In this document: positions 1 to 10,166 of the stretch, piece after piece
How the letters are laid out: the number at the start of each line of letters is the position of its first letter
Position numbering within the stretch: the first letter of the stretch is position 1
Origin: Alphaproteobacteria bacterium
GTDB lineage: Bacteria > Pseudomonadota > Alphaproteobacteria > UBA2966
Assembly (NCBI GenBank): GCA_964291395.2
Contig: OZ219856.1
Coordinates: forward strand, 2,112,001-2,176,000
Direction of reading: 5' to 3'
Length of the DNA: 64,000 bases
Program-made: the position numbers and the translations under genes
Notes under the pieces: generated by a model
What the model saw: only the letters and a program-made list of their open reading frames with translations
Told to the model about the DNA's origin: nothing
Databases searched by the model: none

Positions 1-1361
1 CCCGCATACGGGTCCGCTTCGATCTCCTTCAGGCGCGTGACGATGTGGGCTTCGCGCGCCTCGGAATCGGGAACGGCGTCACCCGACTTGATCGCGTCCA
101 TGACGCGCCGGCCGACATCGCGCTGAACATCTTCATCATGCAAATCATCGCGCAACGGCACGCGCAGGACCGTGTCGTGCGAGTACGTGTACATGACCTC
201 TTGGCCACCAGCATCGCCCGTGGGGATGACGGGCTGCGTCTCGCCGCGGATCACCCGGCGGAGAATGCGGCGCAGCATGGCGACGCCGACGTCGGTCGAG
301 CCCTTGTGCTCGAGGTCGTGGACGGCGATCGGCCGCTGGCTCACCTGCGCGTCCCAGTCACCGGGGTTGCGCTGGCGCTCCTCGTAAGGCCGGTTCCCGT
401 CCTGGCCGACGAAGTCGACGGAATCGCGGCCGCACAGATCCTCCCGGCCCTGGCGCAGGGGATCGACGACGTCGTTGAAATGACGCAGCCCGAAAATCCA
501 ACTGTGGGTGTCGTCGACGGGCACGACCCAGCGGGTCAGGGACACGCGCCCGAAGTATTTCGACCCGTCGACCTCCTCGAACAGGCCGCCGGTCTGGCCG
601 ATGTTGGGCAAAGTATATTGGGCGGCGCGGATCCACAGGAACCCGCCCACGCGGCGAACCGTCAGGTAGTGCATGCCGTCGCCGGTCTCGAAGAACTCGT
701 AGACCGGCATCTCGGCCCAGGGCTGCGTGAACTGGACCTCGCCCACGCGGCTGTGGAGGAAGACGGCGTGGATGGGGTCCATGCCGTTCTCGCGGATCTG
801 GAGCCAGTTGCAGGGTTGCCAGATCGAATAGGGGACGAGGCGGTTGTCCTTCGGCGTGAGGTAGGTGTCGAAGACGGGGACGTCCGGCTTGTCGTCGGGC
901 GGCCCCAGGTAGGCGAAGATCAGGCCGTGGCATTCCTCGGCCGGATAGGCGCCGTGTACGAGGCTGTCCTTCAGCTTGGAGTCAGGCGGCTCGCCGGGCG
1001 TCTCCAGAATGCGGCCGTCGACGTCGAAGAGCCAGCCGTGATAGCAGCAGCGGATCCCTTTCTCCGAAGGAATCCCGTATTCGAGCGACGTGCCGCGGTG
1101 GCTGCAATGCCGGTGGAGCACGCCGACCCGGTTCGACCCGTCGCGGAAGACGACGAGATCCTCGCCGAGAATGCGGACGGCGAGCGGCAGGTCCGTGACA
1201 TCCGAGGACAGCGCCACCGGGTGCCAGTACCTGCGCATCAATTCTCCGCACGGGGTCCCGGGTCCCACGTGGGTCAGTTCGGCGTCCTCGGCGGGAACGT
1301 CCCGCAGAAAATAACCGGAATACGGTCCCTCGATCGATCGCAGTTGTTCCTTCAAAGCCAT
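1..1361 (-). CDS. Rieske non-heme iron oxygenase alpha subunit (phthalate 4,5-dioxygenase-like), 3' end runs off the window
   Basis: Manual translation from the ATG at 1361 gives MALKEQLRSIEGPYSGYFLRDVPAEDAELTHVGPGTPCGELMRRYWHPVA, with Rieske motifs CSH and CCYH and iron motif ENGMDPIHAVFLH. It is collinear with paralog 28952..30304. It is missing from the ORF track because there is no stop in the window. Confidence 0.9.
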   Translation of the reverse strand, partial: MALKEQLRSIEGPYSGYFLRDVPAEDAELTHVGPGTPCGELMRRYWHPVALSSDVTDLPLAVRILGEDLVVFRDGSNRVGVLHRHCSHRGTSLEYGIPSEKGIRCCYHGWLFDVDGRILETPGEPPDSKLKDSLVHGAYPAEECHGLIFAYLGPPDDKPDVPVFDTYLTPKDNRLVPYSIWQPCNWLQIRENGMDPIHAVFLHSRVGEVQFTQPWAEMPVYEFFETGDGMHYLTVRRVGGFLWIRAAQYTLPNIGQTGGLFEEVDGSKYFGRVSLTRWVVPVDDTHSWIFGLRHFNDVVDPLRQGREDLCGRDSVDFVGQDGNRPYEERQRNPGDWDAQVSQRPIAVHDLEHKGSTDVGVAMLRRILRRVIRGETQPVIPTGDAGGQEVMYTYSHDTVLRVPLRDDLHDEDVQRDVGRRVMDAIKSGDAVPDSEAREAHIVTRLKEIEADPYA

Positions 1362-1435
1362 CCGCGACTCCCTTCCGGCAGGAACGTCAGGGGTCTCGTC
1401 GCCACGCAAGGCGTCCATCGTCCAGGGGCGGGCAT

Positions 1436-2644
1436 TCACGATTCCAGATAGTCGAGAAGGTGATTGTGGAAGTAGTGGACGTTCTGTTCCCAGATCGGCG
1501 AGAAAACGATCTGGTCCGAAGCCGGCGACCGCCGGGCGGTCTGCTGCAGCTCAAAGATATGGAAATCCTGGTTGCGCAGCCCGTCGCGCCCACCGCGCTT
1601 GCGCTTTTTGCCGAGCCAGCGGTCGAAGTTCAGTTTGCGGCCGGCCTCGTACTTGGGATCGGTCGCGGCGTCGCCGACGAAGAAGAAGGCCATGCGGGCG
1701 ATCGTGCGGTCCGGCGCAAGCGGCTCGGTGATGATCGAGCCGATATTGTCCCGTACCACGGTGATCTCGACATTCGGAAAGACGAGATTGGGCGCTGTGA
1801 CCCGTTCTTCGCCCTCGGGGAACGGGATCATCGGTAAGTCCGACTCCCGGTTAGGGTAGGGCGGTGCGTTCTGCGAGTCGCGTTTGATGGTCACCACGGA
1901 TCCGGCTTGCAGAGGAGTCGACCACGGCTTGCCGGTTTTCAGGTCGAGGTCGTCTGACACTTTCGTGAAGACGCCCTTGTGGGCCCACATGTGGTGGTAG
2001 TTCTCCCAGTTGTCATTCATCAGCTTCCAGTTGGCGTTGAACTCCCAATCCACCCGTTCCGCCACGCGCGTCGCGCCGAGATCGGCGTGGTTCATGAACT
2101 CCACCAGCGGCTGCATGTGTTCCTCGATCGGCGGCGCGTTGCCGTCGAGATTGACGAAGATCCAGTGGTGCCAGGCAGCGCAGCGCACTTGAACCAGTCC
2201 GAGAGACCCACGATCCAGCAATCCCGTCGCCAGGCCGCTTTTGCTGCCGTCGAAATAAGGTGCCGCCCGCAGCTTGCCGTCGAGGTCCCAGGCCCAGGCG
2301 TGATAGGGGCATTGCAACTGCCTTGCCCCCTTGCACGGCTCGGTCAGCACCATGGCCGCCCGATGTCGGCAGACGTTGTGAAAGGCCTTCACCTCCCCCT
2401 TTTCGGTGCGGGCCAGAATGATCGGCAGGCCGGCGACGGTCATCGGCATGGCATCGCCCGGCTCCGGAATGTCGCAGGTATAGGCGACGCCCATCCAGGT
2501 GCGCGCGAAATACTTCTTCTGCTCGAGGCGGAAGAAGTCCCCGCTGGTGTACGCGGCGGACGGCAGGCCGCGCGCCTCGTCGATCGGCCGGCGTACCGCA
2601 GAGATCGACTCGGCGCCCAGAATTTCCCCGGCGGCAGAGACCAT
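1436..2644 (-). CDS. Rieske oxygenase alpha subunit (choline monooxygenase/CntA-like group)
   Basis: NVCRHR...CPYHAW Rieske motif; DNWENYHHMWAH iron site; C-terminal QD..I.E.QQ. Confidence 0.9.
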   Translation of the reverse strand: MVSAAGEILGAESISAVRRPIDEARGLPSAAYTSGDFFRLEQKKYFARTWMGVAYTCDIPEPGDAMPMTVAGLPIILARTEKGEVKAFHNVCRHRAAMVLTEPCKGARQLQCPYHAWAWDLDGKLRAAPYFDGSKSGLATGLLDRGSLGLVQVRCAAWHHWIFVNLDGNAPPIEEHMQPLVEFMNHADLGATRVAERVDWEFNANWKLMNDNWENYHHMWAHKGVFTKVSDDLDLKTGKPWSTPLQAGSVVTIKRDSQNAPPYPNRESDLPMIPFPEGEERVTAPNLVFPNVEITVVRDNIGSIITEPLAPDRTIARMAFFFVGDAATDPKYEAGRKLNFDRWLGKKRKRGGRDGLRNQDFHIFELQQTARRSPASDQIVFSPIWEQNVHYFHNHLLDYLES

Positions 2645-2686
2645 GGGTGCCTCTCTTCAACGTTGCGCCGCCCACGTTTCGGGCCG

Positions 2687-2707
2687 TGTACAATCTCCCA
2701 TTGTACA
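2687..2707. promoter_or_regulatory. Palindromic operator candidate TGTACAAT-N5-ATTGTACA
   Basis: Perfect 8-bp inverted repeat about 43 bp upstream of the Rieske gene start. Confidence 0.5.
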
Positions 2708-2876
2708 GAACATAGTCCTTCTTGGCTCGGACTAACCTGCTCCCGTGTTTTGCCAATCCAGGACGCGTTGCCAGGCATCGAAGCGAATGCAAGCTGATTC
2801 TCCTCATTGAGCGAAGCGAATCGGCTTGCCCAATGACAAGAAAGGCGCTATTTCCCCTCATCCAATGAGGAGAAAC

Positions 2877-3980
2877 ATGTATATCTGGGAGCAACCGGGC
2901 TGGCCTCGGTTCACGTGGGACGCTGGGGAGCTGCTCGAGCCGCTCTCGGCCGCGCGCCTGAAGCAAGGCCGGCTTCTCGGAGGCATGGCAAGCCTCGGCT
3001 TCGACTTGAAGCTCGAAGCGCAGCTCGAAGCGCTGACGGAAGACGTCATCAAGAGCTCGGAGATCGAAGGCGAGATCCTTGACCGCGACAGCGTGCGATC
3101 GTCGCTCGCGCGCCGCCTTGGCCTGCCCGAGGCCGCAATCGCGGCGGCCGACCGGCAGACGGAAGGCGTCGTCGAAATGACGCTCGACGCTACGGAGAAC
3201 CATGGGGCATTGCTGACGCCCGAACGGTTGCACGGCTGGCAGGCGGCGCTGTTCCCGACGGGCTATTCGGGAATGCACAAGGTCAAGACCGGTGGATGGC
3301 GGGACGACGCGGAAGGGCCGATGCAGGTAGTCTCGGGGTCGATCGGCCGTCAGCGGGTACACTATCGGGCGCCGCCGGCGCAGCAACTCGACGGCGAGAT
3401 GCAGGCGTTCCTGGATTGGTTCAATCGTCGGGACGAACCCGAAGGCCTGCTGCGTGCCGGCCTGGCACATCTCTGGTTCGTGACCATCCATCCGTTCGAG
3501 GACGGTAACGGTCGCGTCGCGCGCGCGGTCGCCGATCAGGCGTTGGCCCAGTCGGAGGACTCAGGACAGCGCTTCTACAGCATGTCGAGTCAGATCCGGA
3601 AGGAACGACCCGACTATTACGACGCGCTCGAACGCTCGCAAAAGGGCGCGCTCGATGTCACCGACTGGCTGGCCTGGTTCCTTCACTGCTTCTCGCGTGC
3701 GATCGACGGCGCCGAGGCGACTTGCGCGGACGTTTTGCGCAAGGCCGACTTCTGGCAACGGCACGCCCGTGAGCCTTTTGCCAAACGACAGAAGACAGTG
3801 CTCAACAGGTTTCTCGATGGATTCGAAGGCCAGCTGACGGCAAAGAAATGGGCTGCGATCGGCAAGTGTTCAATTCCTACGGCGCAGCGTGACATCAATG
3901 AGCTGGTCGAGCGCGGCATCCTTCGCCGCAATCCGGGTGGTAGCAAGAACACGAGCTATAGCCTGGCGTTGGCGGCATGA
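2877..3980 (+). CDS. Fic family protein with N-terminal DUF4172
   Basis: MYIWEQPGWPRFTWD N-terminus; Fic motif HPFEDGNGRVAR; C-terminal wHTH; RBS GAGGAG before the ATG at 2877. Confidence 0.92.
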   Translation: MYIWEQPGWPRFTWDAGELLEPLSAARLKQGRLLGGMASLGFDLKLEAQLEALTEDVIKSSEIEGEILDRDSVRSSLARRLGLPEAAIAAADRQTEGVVEMTLDATENHGALLTPERLHGWQAALFPTGYSGMHKVKTGGWRDDAEGPMQVVSGSIGRQRVHYRAPPAQQLDGEMQAFLDWFNRRDEPEGLLRAGLAHLWFVTIHPFEDGNGRVARAVADQALAQSEDSGQRFYSMSSQIRKERPDYYDALERSQKGALDVTDWLAWFLHCFSRAIDGAEATCADVLRKADFWQRHAREPFAKRQKTVLNRFLDGFEGQLTAKKWAAIGKCSIPTAQRDINELVERGILRRNPGGSKNTSYSLALAA

Positions 3981-4243
3981 ATTTCAACCGGAATACGCCT
4001 TAGACCCGCCGCCAGGCTGTCCGAAAAGGCGAGGCCACCCCAGGGTTCGTCCGCAAAGAACGATCCACTATCGCGGGGGACAGGGGCGACCGCCAGACGG
4101 AGCAACCGGACCAACCTGCTCGGCAGGCGTCGAATGACTGGCAAAGCGAGCATCGGTCATGACAGAGTGGGTATCGGAGGATCGCCCGAGCTGCCCGGAC
4201 GCATGGGGTGGGCCGGCTCCACGGACAACCTCCGGAGAGGGTC

Positions 4244-5098
4244 ATGAAAGCCAACTGGGTCGTAGTGCTGGCGCCGCCATTCGTGGTGTGCATGACGCTG
4301 CTCTTCGGCACACAGTTCGTATTTCTGCAGTTGGGGTTCTTTCGCGATCTCGGCATCGGCCAAGTCGGCACCGAGTTCGAGCTCTTCAACTACATGCGCG
4401 CGTTCACCGAGCCATTCTTCCTCAATGCGCTCAGGCTGAACTTCACCCTGGCGGTCGTCGTCGTTGCGATCACCCTGATCGTGGCCTATCCCATCGCCTA
4501 CATCGTCGCGCGCATGACTCCGAAATGGTCCATCGTGTTTCTGACCGCGATGGTGGTGTCCTCGTTCGTCTCGATCGTCATCAAAGTGTTGGGTATCATC
4601 ATCATCTTCGGCGCCGATGGGCCGGTGAACCGGTTCCTGCTGTGGACCGGAATCATCGACGAGCACATCCTCGTCATCGGCACTAAATCGGGTGTGGTCA
4701 TGGGTCTCACCCACCTCGGCATCGCCTTCATGGTGATGATGCTGTTCAGTGTCATTCAATCCATTCCCCGGTCATTGGAAGAGGCGGCGGAAATTCACGG
4801 CGCGAGCCGCTGGCGCGTCTTCTGGCGTGTCGTCATTCCGCTCAGCATGCCGGGCGTGGTGAGCGCATCGCTGCTGCTCTTCAACATCGCCATGGGTGCG
4901 TTCGTGTCCGCTGTCCTGCTCGGCGGCGGCAAGGTGATGACCCTGCCGGTCGTGATTCAGCGAACGATCCTGCTCTACACCGAATACGGCATGGCTGCCG
5001 CGCTCTCGGGCATGCTGATGATCTTCGTGTTTGCCGTCAACATCGTGTCCGTCGTCGCGGTGACACGCATGCGGGCAGCGAGGCTGGCGGTCACATGA
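4244..5098 (+). CDS. ABC transporter permease (PotB-like)
   Basis: Multiple TM segments; EAA loop SLEEAAEIHGASRW; paralog of 28003..28860. Confidence 0.9.
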   Translation: MKANWVVVLAPPFVVCMTLLFGTQFVFLQLGFFRDLGIGQVGTEFELFNYMRAFTEPFFLNALRLNFTLAVVVVAITLIVAYPIAYIVARMTPKWSIVFLTAMVVSSFVSIVIKVLGIIIIFGADGPVNRFLLWTGIIDEHILVIGTKSGVVMGLTHLGIAFMVMMLFSVIQSIPRSLEEAAEIHGASRWRVFWRVVIPLSMPGVVSASLLLFNIAMGAFVSAVLLGGGKVMTLPVVIQRTILLYTEYGMAAALSGMLMIFVFAVNIVSVVAVTRMRAARLAVT

Positions 5099-6018
5099 CG
5101 GGGCGGCAACACATCGGTGACGGCCTGCCTTCGGGTATCCATGCCTCATTGCCGGCCCGGTTGCGGCGCACGCGCCTCGACAGGCTGCTTCGGCGCCTTG
5201 GCGCCATCATCTGGATGACCCTCGGTTACATCTTCATATTCTCGCCGATCATCGTAGTGGCCGGATCATCCTTCGACGGATCGGGTCTGGAGTTCCGTGG
5301 GAACGCCGCTTTCCTCAACTTCCCGCCAGAAAACTTCACGTTCGAGTGGTACACGCGCATCTCAAGCTCGCTCTACCAGGCGCTGTGGATCAGCTTCAGC
5401 ATGGCGTCGATCTCCGCAGCCTGCGGCATCGTTCTCGGCGTGCCGGCGGCGTTGGCCCTCATCCGCGGGAACTTTCCGGGTCGAATCATTCTCGGCACGT
5501 TGTTCCGGGCGCCGCTACAAATTCCGTTCATCGTCATCGGCCTTGCATTCCTGCAGGCCTACTACGAGGTGGGGGCGCTGATCGGACTTCAGCTCCGGGC
5601 GACCTTTGCGGGGCTCGTCATCGGGCACGTCTTCGTCGCCACCCCCTATGTCGTCGGCTCCGTCGGCGCGGTTCTTCAACGCTTCAATATCTCGTTGGAG
5701 GAAGCGGCCTTAAGTCTCGGCGCCAGTCGCTGGCGGACATTCACGCGAGTGACATTGCCGATCATCATGCCCGGGGTACTCGCCGGCGGCATCTACGCGT
5801 TTCTGGTGTCGTTCGGGGACGTGACGATCTCGCTCTTTCTCACGGGCCCCAACATCAACCCGCTGCCCGTCGAGATCTTCTTCGCGCTCGACCGCGAGTT
5901 CGACCCGACCATTCCGGCAATGGCGACGATCGTCATCGTCGGCTCCGGCCTGTTGCTGTACCTCATTCAGCGCCTGGTCGGCATCGATATCCTGCTGCGG
6001 GGCGGCGGCAGCGGGTGA
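5095..6018 (+). CDS. ABC transporter permease (PotC-like)
   Basis: LEEAALSLGASRW loop; ATGA overlap with the upstream permease. Confidence 0.9.
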   Translation: MTGRQHIGDGLPSGIHASLPARLRRTRLDRLLRRLGAIIWMTLGYIFIFSPIIVVAGSSFDGSGLEFRGNAAFLNFPPENFTFEWYTRISSSLYQALWISFSMASISAACGIVLGVPAALALIRGNFPGRIILGTLFRAPLQIPFIVIGLAFLQAYYEVGALIGLQLRATFAGLVIGHVFVATPYVVGSVGAVLQRFNISLEEAALSLGASRWRTFTRVTLPIIMPGVLAGGIYAFLVSFGDVTISLFLTGPNINPLPVEIFFALDREFDPTIPAMATIVIVGSGLLLYLIQRLVGIDILLRGGGSG

Positions 6019-6240
6019 TCTGCGGCACGCTTGTGCGGCATAGCCATCTACCGCACTGTAATCATTGACATTAATTTTCCCGGTACAAATTCCGTAATCG
6101 ATTAGTCACCGGAGTCGATCATATTCCAGGCGTTGCATTCGGCGCCTGCTGCATCAGTTCGGCCGCGCCGGGGATGCACGCCGGTCCGAATGCCGCCTCC
6201 GCGTGACGGTCGGGGTCGGGGCTCTATCGGCTGAATTGGC

Positions 6241-6285
6241 CTTGCTGTTACACTTGTTTCTGTTATTTTCGTTGTTACACTTGTT
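6241..6285 (+). promoter_or_regulatory. Five 9-bp periodic direct repeats upstream of the HTH/PIN operon
   Basis: cttgctgtt|acacttgtt|tctgttatt|ttcgttgtt|acacttgtt; the 13-mer tgttacacttgtt recurs at a 27-bp offset. Confidence 0.55.
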
Positions 6286-6343
6286 GGCAGGCCCGCGCGC
6301 CGCTATCGAGGCCCTTGGACATTGCAACGAGAGGGGGATCGGG

Positions 6344-6799
6344 ATGAGCAACGCTACCGACGCGATGGACCTGGGACACCGTCTTCCGACGCAGGACGAG
6401 ATTGCGTGCGCAGCACAAGCGGTAACGGCGCTTGCCGACGCGCGGGGCGGGAACGGCGTCCTCGCCATTCACCGCGAAGACGGCGAGCCCGTGCGCCTGG
6501 CGCCCGCGATCGCCGACCTGGTGCTCGATCTTCTGGGCGGCGTTGCGACGGGCCACGCGGTCACGCTGGTTCCGGCCGGCGCGATGCTGACCACGCAGCA
6601 GGCGGCCGACATCCTGTGCGTCTCTCGGCCGCACCTCAGCAAGCTCCTCAAGTCGGGCAAGATCCCCTTCGTTTCGGTCGGTGCGCACCGGCGCGTCATG
6701 CATGCCGATCTGATGGCCTACATCGACCGTCGCGACGCCGCGCGCCGTGCGGCGCTCGACGATCTCGCCCGGCTCGGTCAGGAGTTCGATGCGTCTTGA
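6344..6799 (+). CDS. Excisionase-family HTH DNA-binding protein (putative antitoxin)
   Basis: LTTQQAADILCVSRPHLSKLLKSGKIPF...VGAHRRV (HTH_17/Xis-like); coupled to the PIN gene. Confidence 0.88.
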   Translation: MSNATDAMDLGHRLPTQDEIACAAQAVTALADARGGNGVLAIHREDGEPVRLAPAIADLVLDLLGGVATGHAVTLVPAGAMLTTQQAADILCVSRPHLSKLLKSGKIPFVSVGAHRRVMHADLMAYIDRRDAARRAALDDLARLGQEFDAS

Positions 6800-7374
6800 T
6801 ACAGCTTGCCGACCGTCGTGTCGCCCTGCTGGATGCGAACGTCCTGTTTCCCTTCCGCAAGCGAGACATTCTCTTGCGCTTCTACCACGCCGGATTGTTC
6901 CGAGCGCAATGGACCGAACGGATTCTCGACGAGTGGACGGTGAATCTCCTCGAACGAAAGCCCCATCTCGAACCAAGCGTCAGCTCCCAGAGACATGCCA
7001 TGCACGAGCATTTCGCGGAGGCGCTGGTCACCGGATACGAGCCGTTGATCGAGACGCTCGAACTTCCGGATGCCGACGACCGCCATGTCCTGGCAGCGGC
7101 GATCCGCTGCGGCGCGCAGCATATCGTCACCGACAACCTGGCCGACTTTCCGGCCGAGGTTCTCGCGCGGTTCGATATCGAGGCGGTCGACGCCGACGGG
7201 TTTCTGTCGCGGACGTTCGATCTCTACCCCTCCGAGGCGCTTGGCGTGCTGCGCACCCTTCGCAAGACGTACAGCAACCCGCCCTTCACGCCGTCGGAGT
7301 TCGTCCGCGACCTGACGGCGAGGGGGCTTCCCCGGCTCGCTGCCCAGACAGAGGAGCGCCAGGCGGAGCTTTAG
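6796..7374 (+). CDS. PIN domain protein (putative toxin)
   Basis: VALLDANVLFP, LPDADDRHVLAAA and IVTDNLADFP motifs; TTG start overlaps the upstream TGA. Confidence 0.88.
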   Translation: MIQLADRRVALLDANVLFPFRKRDILLRFYHAGLFRAQWTERILDEWTVNLLERKPHLEPSVSSQRHAMHEHFAEALVTGYEPLIETLELPDADDRHVLAAAIRCGAQHIVTDNLADFPAEVLARFDIEAVDADGFLSRTFDLYPSEALGVLRTLRKTYSNPPFTPSEFVRDLTARGLPRLAAQTEERQAEL

Positions 7375-7610
7375 GAGAATGTGTAGTGCTGCCACGAGAG
7401 CGAGGCATGCGGGGAATGCCGGGCCGGGTCCGGCCTATCGGCGAATCTGCGGCGGTTAACACCTCGGCAGCACTCCCGCGCCAAACGCAACCAACAGGCG
7501 CATGATGCGAACCCTCACCTGCATTGCGCGCCCGCGTCGTGCCCGGGCAGACGATCGGGCCTGCGACTTAGCCGTCCGGTTCCACGATATTCATGCCCTT
7601 CTTGGCATCC

Positions 7611-8819
7611 CTACGCCGTCAGGTAGTCGAGCAGCTGGTTCTGAAAATAATGAACGTTCTCCTCCCAGACTGGGGAGAACACGACCTCGTCGGCCGCGGG
7701 CGAGCGCCGGGCGATCTGCTGCGACTCCCAGATTCGCATGTCCTGATTGCGCAAGCCATCGCGCGCGTCCGGAGACCGTGACTCACCCAGCCAGCGGTCG
7801 AAGTTCAGCTTGCGGCCATCCGCGTACTCGGGATCGGTTGCGGCATCGCCGACGAAGAAGAAAGCCATACGCGCGACCGACCGGTCCGGCGCCAGCGGTT
7901 CGATGATCACCGATCCGATGTTGTCGCGCACCACGGTGATCTCGACATTGGGCAACACCAAGTTGGGAGCGGTCACGCGCTCGGCGCCGTCCGGGAACGG
8001 GATCATCGGCAGGTTCGACTCGCGCTTCGGGTAGGGCGGTGCCTTTTTCGAATCCCGCTTGAGGCTCATCACGGCGCCCTGCTGCGTCGACACGGACCAG
8101 GGCTTGCGGGTTTTCATATCGAGGTCGTCGGTCACCTTCGTGTAGATCGGGTAGTGGGCCCACATGTGGTGGTAGTTTTCCCAATTGTCGTTCGACATCT
8201 TCCAGTTGGCCTGGAACTCCCAGTCGACCCGTTCCGCGATCTGCGTGGCGCCCAGATCCGCGCCGTTCATCAGATCGGTCAGGGGCTGCATGTGCTCCTC
8301 GATCGGCGGGGCGTTGCCGTCAAGATTGACGAAGATCCAGTGGTGCCACACGGCGCAGTCAACTGAGACCAGACCCAGAGACTCGCGGTCCAGGATTCCG
8401 TCCTCCAGGCCGCTTTTGCTGCCGTCGAAATAGGGTGCCGCCCGAAGCTTTCCGTCGAGGTCCCATGCCCATGCGTGGTAAGGGCACTGCAACTGCTTTG
8501 CTTTCGTGCAGGGCTCCGTCAGCACCATTGCCGCGCGATGGCGGCAGACGTTGTGGAAGGCCTTGACGTCTCCCGAGCCGGTGCGCACCAGGATGATGGG
8601 CAAACCGGCCACGGTAATGGGCATGGCATCGCCCGGGTTCGGAATATCACAGGTGTACGCGACACCCATCCAGGTGCGGGCGAAATACTTTCGCTGTTCG
8701 AGCCGGAAGAAGTCCTCGCTGGTGTAGGCGCCGGCAGGAAGCCCGCGGGCCTTTTCGATCGGTCGGCGCACGGCGGCAATCGCCTCGGCGCCCAGAATGT
8801 CTTCGGCGGTTCGCGTCAT
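7611..8819 (-). CDS. Rieske oxygenase alpha subunit, close paralog of 1436..2644
   Basis: Long identical stretches with 1436..2644 (HNVCRHRAAMVLTEPC, DNWENYHHMWAH); start MTRTAEDILG after a GGAGG RBS. Confidence 0.9.
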   Translation of the reverse strand: MTRTAEDILGAEAIAAVRRPIEKARGLPAGAYTSEDFFRLEQRKYFARTWMGVAYTCDIPNPGDAMPITVAGLPIILVRTGSGDVKAFHNVCRHRAAMVLTEPCTKAKQLQCPYHAWAWDLDGKLRAAPYFDGSKSGLEDGILDRESLGLVSVDCAVWHHWIFVNLDGNAPPIEEHMQPLTDLMNGADLGATQIAERVDWEFQANWKMSNDNWENYHHMWAHYPIYTKVTDDLDMKTRKPWSVSTQQGAVMSLKRDSKKAPPYPKRESNLPMIPFPDGAERVTAPNLVLPNVEITVVRDNIGSVIIEPLAPDRSVARMAFFFVGDAATDPEYADGRKLNFDRWLGESRSPDARDGLRNQDMRIWESQQIARRSPAADEVVFSPVWEENVHYFQNQLLDYLTA

Positions 8820-9077
8820 AGGGCGTACCTCCCGTGGAGCGATGCCCGAGAGTCGGTGACGATCGAGGATACGCCGATCGGCAGGGCGTGGGTAGTCGGC
8901 GCACGCATTGCCCACGCGTTCGGCTTTCGGGATGCTCCGAAGACCATCCGATTTCCCACGCGTTCCTTGCGCAAGCGCCGGAATGCTCCGATAATTTGGA
9001 GACCCACCGATGTTTGCCGCAAGAACATACCGCACTCATAACGACGGCGCTGGCGGTGGCCACATGGGAGGAAATCC

Positions 9078-10166
9078 ATGATCGGTAAATCTCTATCCCG
9101 TTCGCTGTGCCTTTTTGGGGCGGCGATGTTTGCCTTTGGCGTATTTGCGAAGAGTGATGCGGTCGCCCAGAAGCGTTTCGATGGCGTCACCCTGACCGTG
9201 GCGACGTTCCCCGGCGCCTGGCGTGACGGGATCATCAAAGTGACCGGAGCGAAATTCGAAGCGCTCGGCGGCAAGCTCGAATGGACGCCGGGCTCGACCA
9301 CCGAATTTCTGCAGCAAGCGATCGCGGCCCGCGGCGATTACGTGTTCGACGTGGTCGAGGTCGTCGAAGACCTCTGGTCGAAGTGGATGGGCGGCGGTTT
9401 CGTGCAGAAGTGGGACCACTCCAAGCTGCCGAACCTCTCGCAACTCGGTCCCAAGATGTACGACGAATATCGGGTCGCCCACTGGATCGTCCTGCAATCG
9501 ATCATCTACAACGTCGACAAGTTCGAGGAGAACGGCATCCCGGCGCCGACCAAATATTCCGACCTTATCCATCCCAAACTGAAGAAGCGGGTCGTGTCCC
9601 GTGACTTCACCAATTTCACCGGAATATTCCCTGTAGTGGGCTTGGCCCGTGAATTCGGTGGCGGCGAGCACGACATCACGCCTGGTCTCAAGGCTTTGAA
9701 GGAGATGGATGTGCATTCGTTCCTCGGCTTGAGCAGCCAGGGTCCGCAGCTCATGCAGGCAGGCGGCGTTTGGGCTTCCATGATACACGCGGGTTGGGGC
9801 GTGCGGTTGATCAACGCGGGCGAGCCCGTGGCCGTCGTGCACCCGGAAGTCGCGGGAAAGAAGGGCATGCCGACGCTCGGCTACATCGCCCTGTCGAAAG
9901 CCTCCAAGAACCCGGAAGCGGCGCATTGGCTGATGAACGAGCTCATCGGCGCCGAGCAGCAGGAGCACTGGTACAAGTCTTCCGGTATCGTTCCGGTGAA
10001 CAAGGACACCTTGGCCAAAGTCGCGTCGAGTCCCGTAATCGGCAAAGACGGTAATCCGGCCCTCATGCTCGATGCCGAGGAACTCGCCAATGCCTATTAC
10101 GTCGATTTCTCGAAGTACGACGCCAAGACCTGGAACGAGGAATTCAACAGCATCTTCTTTCAGTAG
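9078..10166 (+). CDS. ABC substrate-binding protein (PotD/family 1-like)
   Basis: Signal peptide; FDGVTLTVATF; paralog of 26031..27119. Confidence 0.85.
   Translation: MIGKSLSRSLCLFGAAMFAFGVFAKSDAVAQKRFDGVTLTVATFPGAWRDGIIKVTGAKFEALGGKLEWTPGSTTEFLQQAIAARGDYVFDVVEVVEDLWSKWMGGGFVQKWDHSKLPNLSQLGPKMYDEYRVAHWIVLQSIIYNVDKFEENGIPAPTKYSDLIHPKLKKRVVSRDFTNFTGIFPVVGLAREFGGGEHDITPGLKALKEMDVHSFLGLSSQGPQLMQAGGVWASMIHAGWGVRLINAGEPVAVVHPEVAGKKGMPTLGYIALSKASKNPEAAHWLMNELIGAEQQEHWYKSSGIVPVNKDTLAKVASSPVIGKDGNPALMLDAEELANAYYVDFSKYDAKTWNEEFNSIFFQ

Noticed and set aside
7502-7545. MMRTLTCIAR possibly the start of a HicB-like gene fragment
   Set aside because: Too short to support a call.
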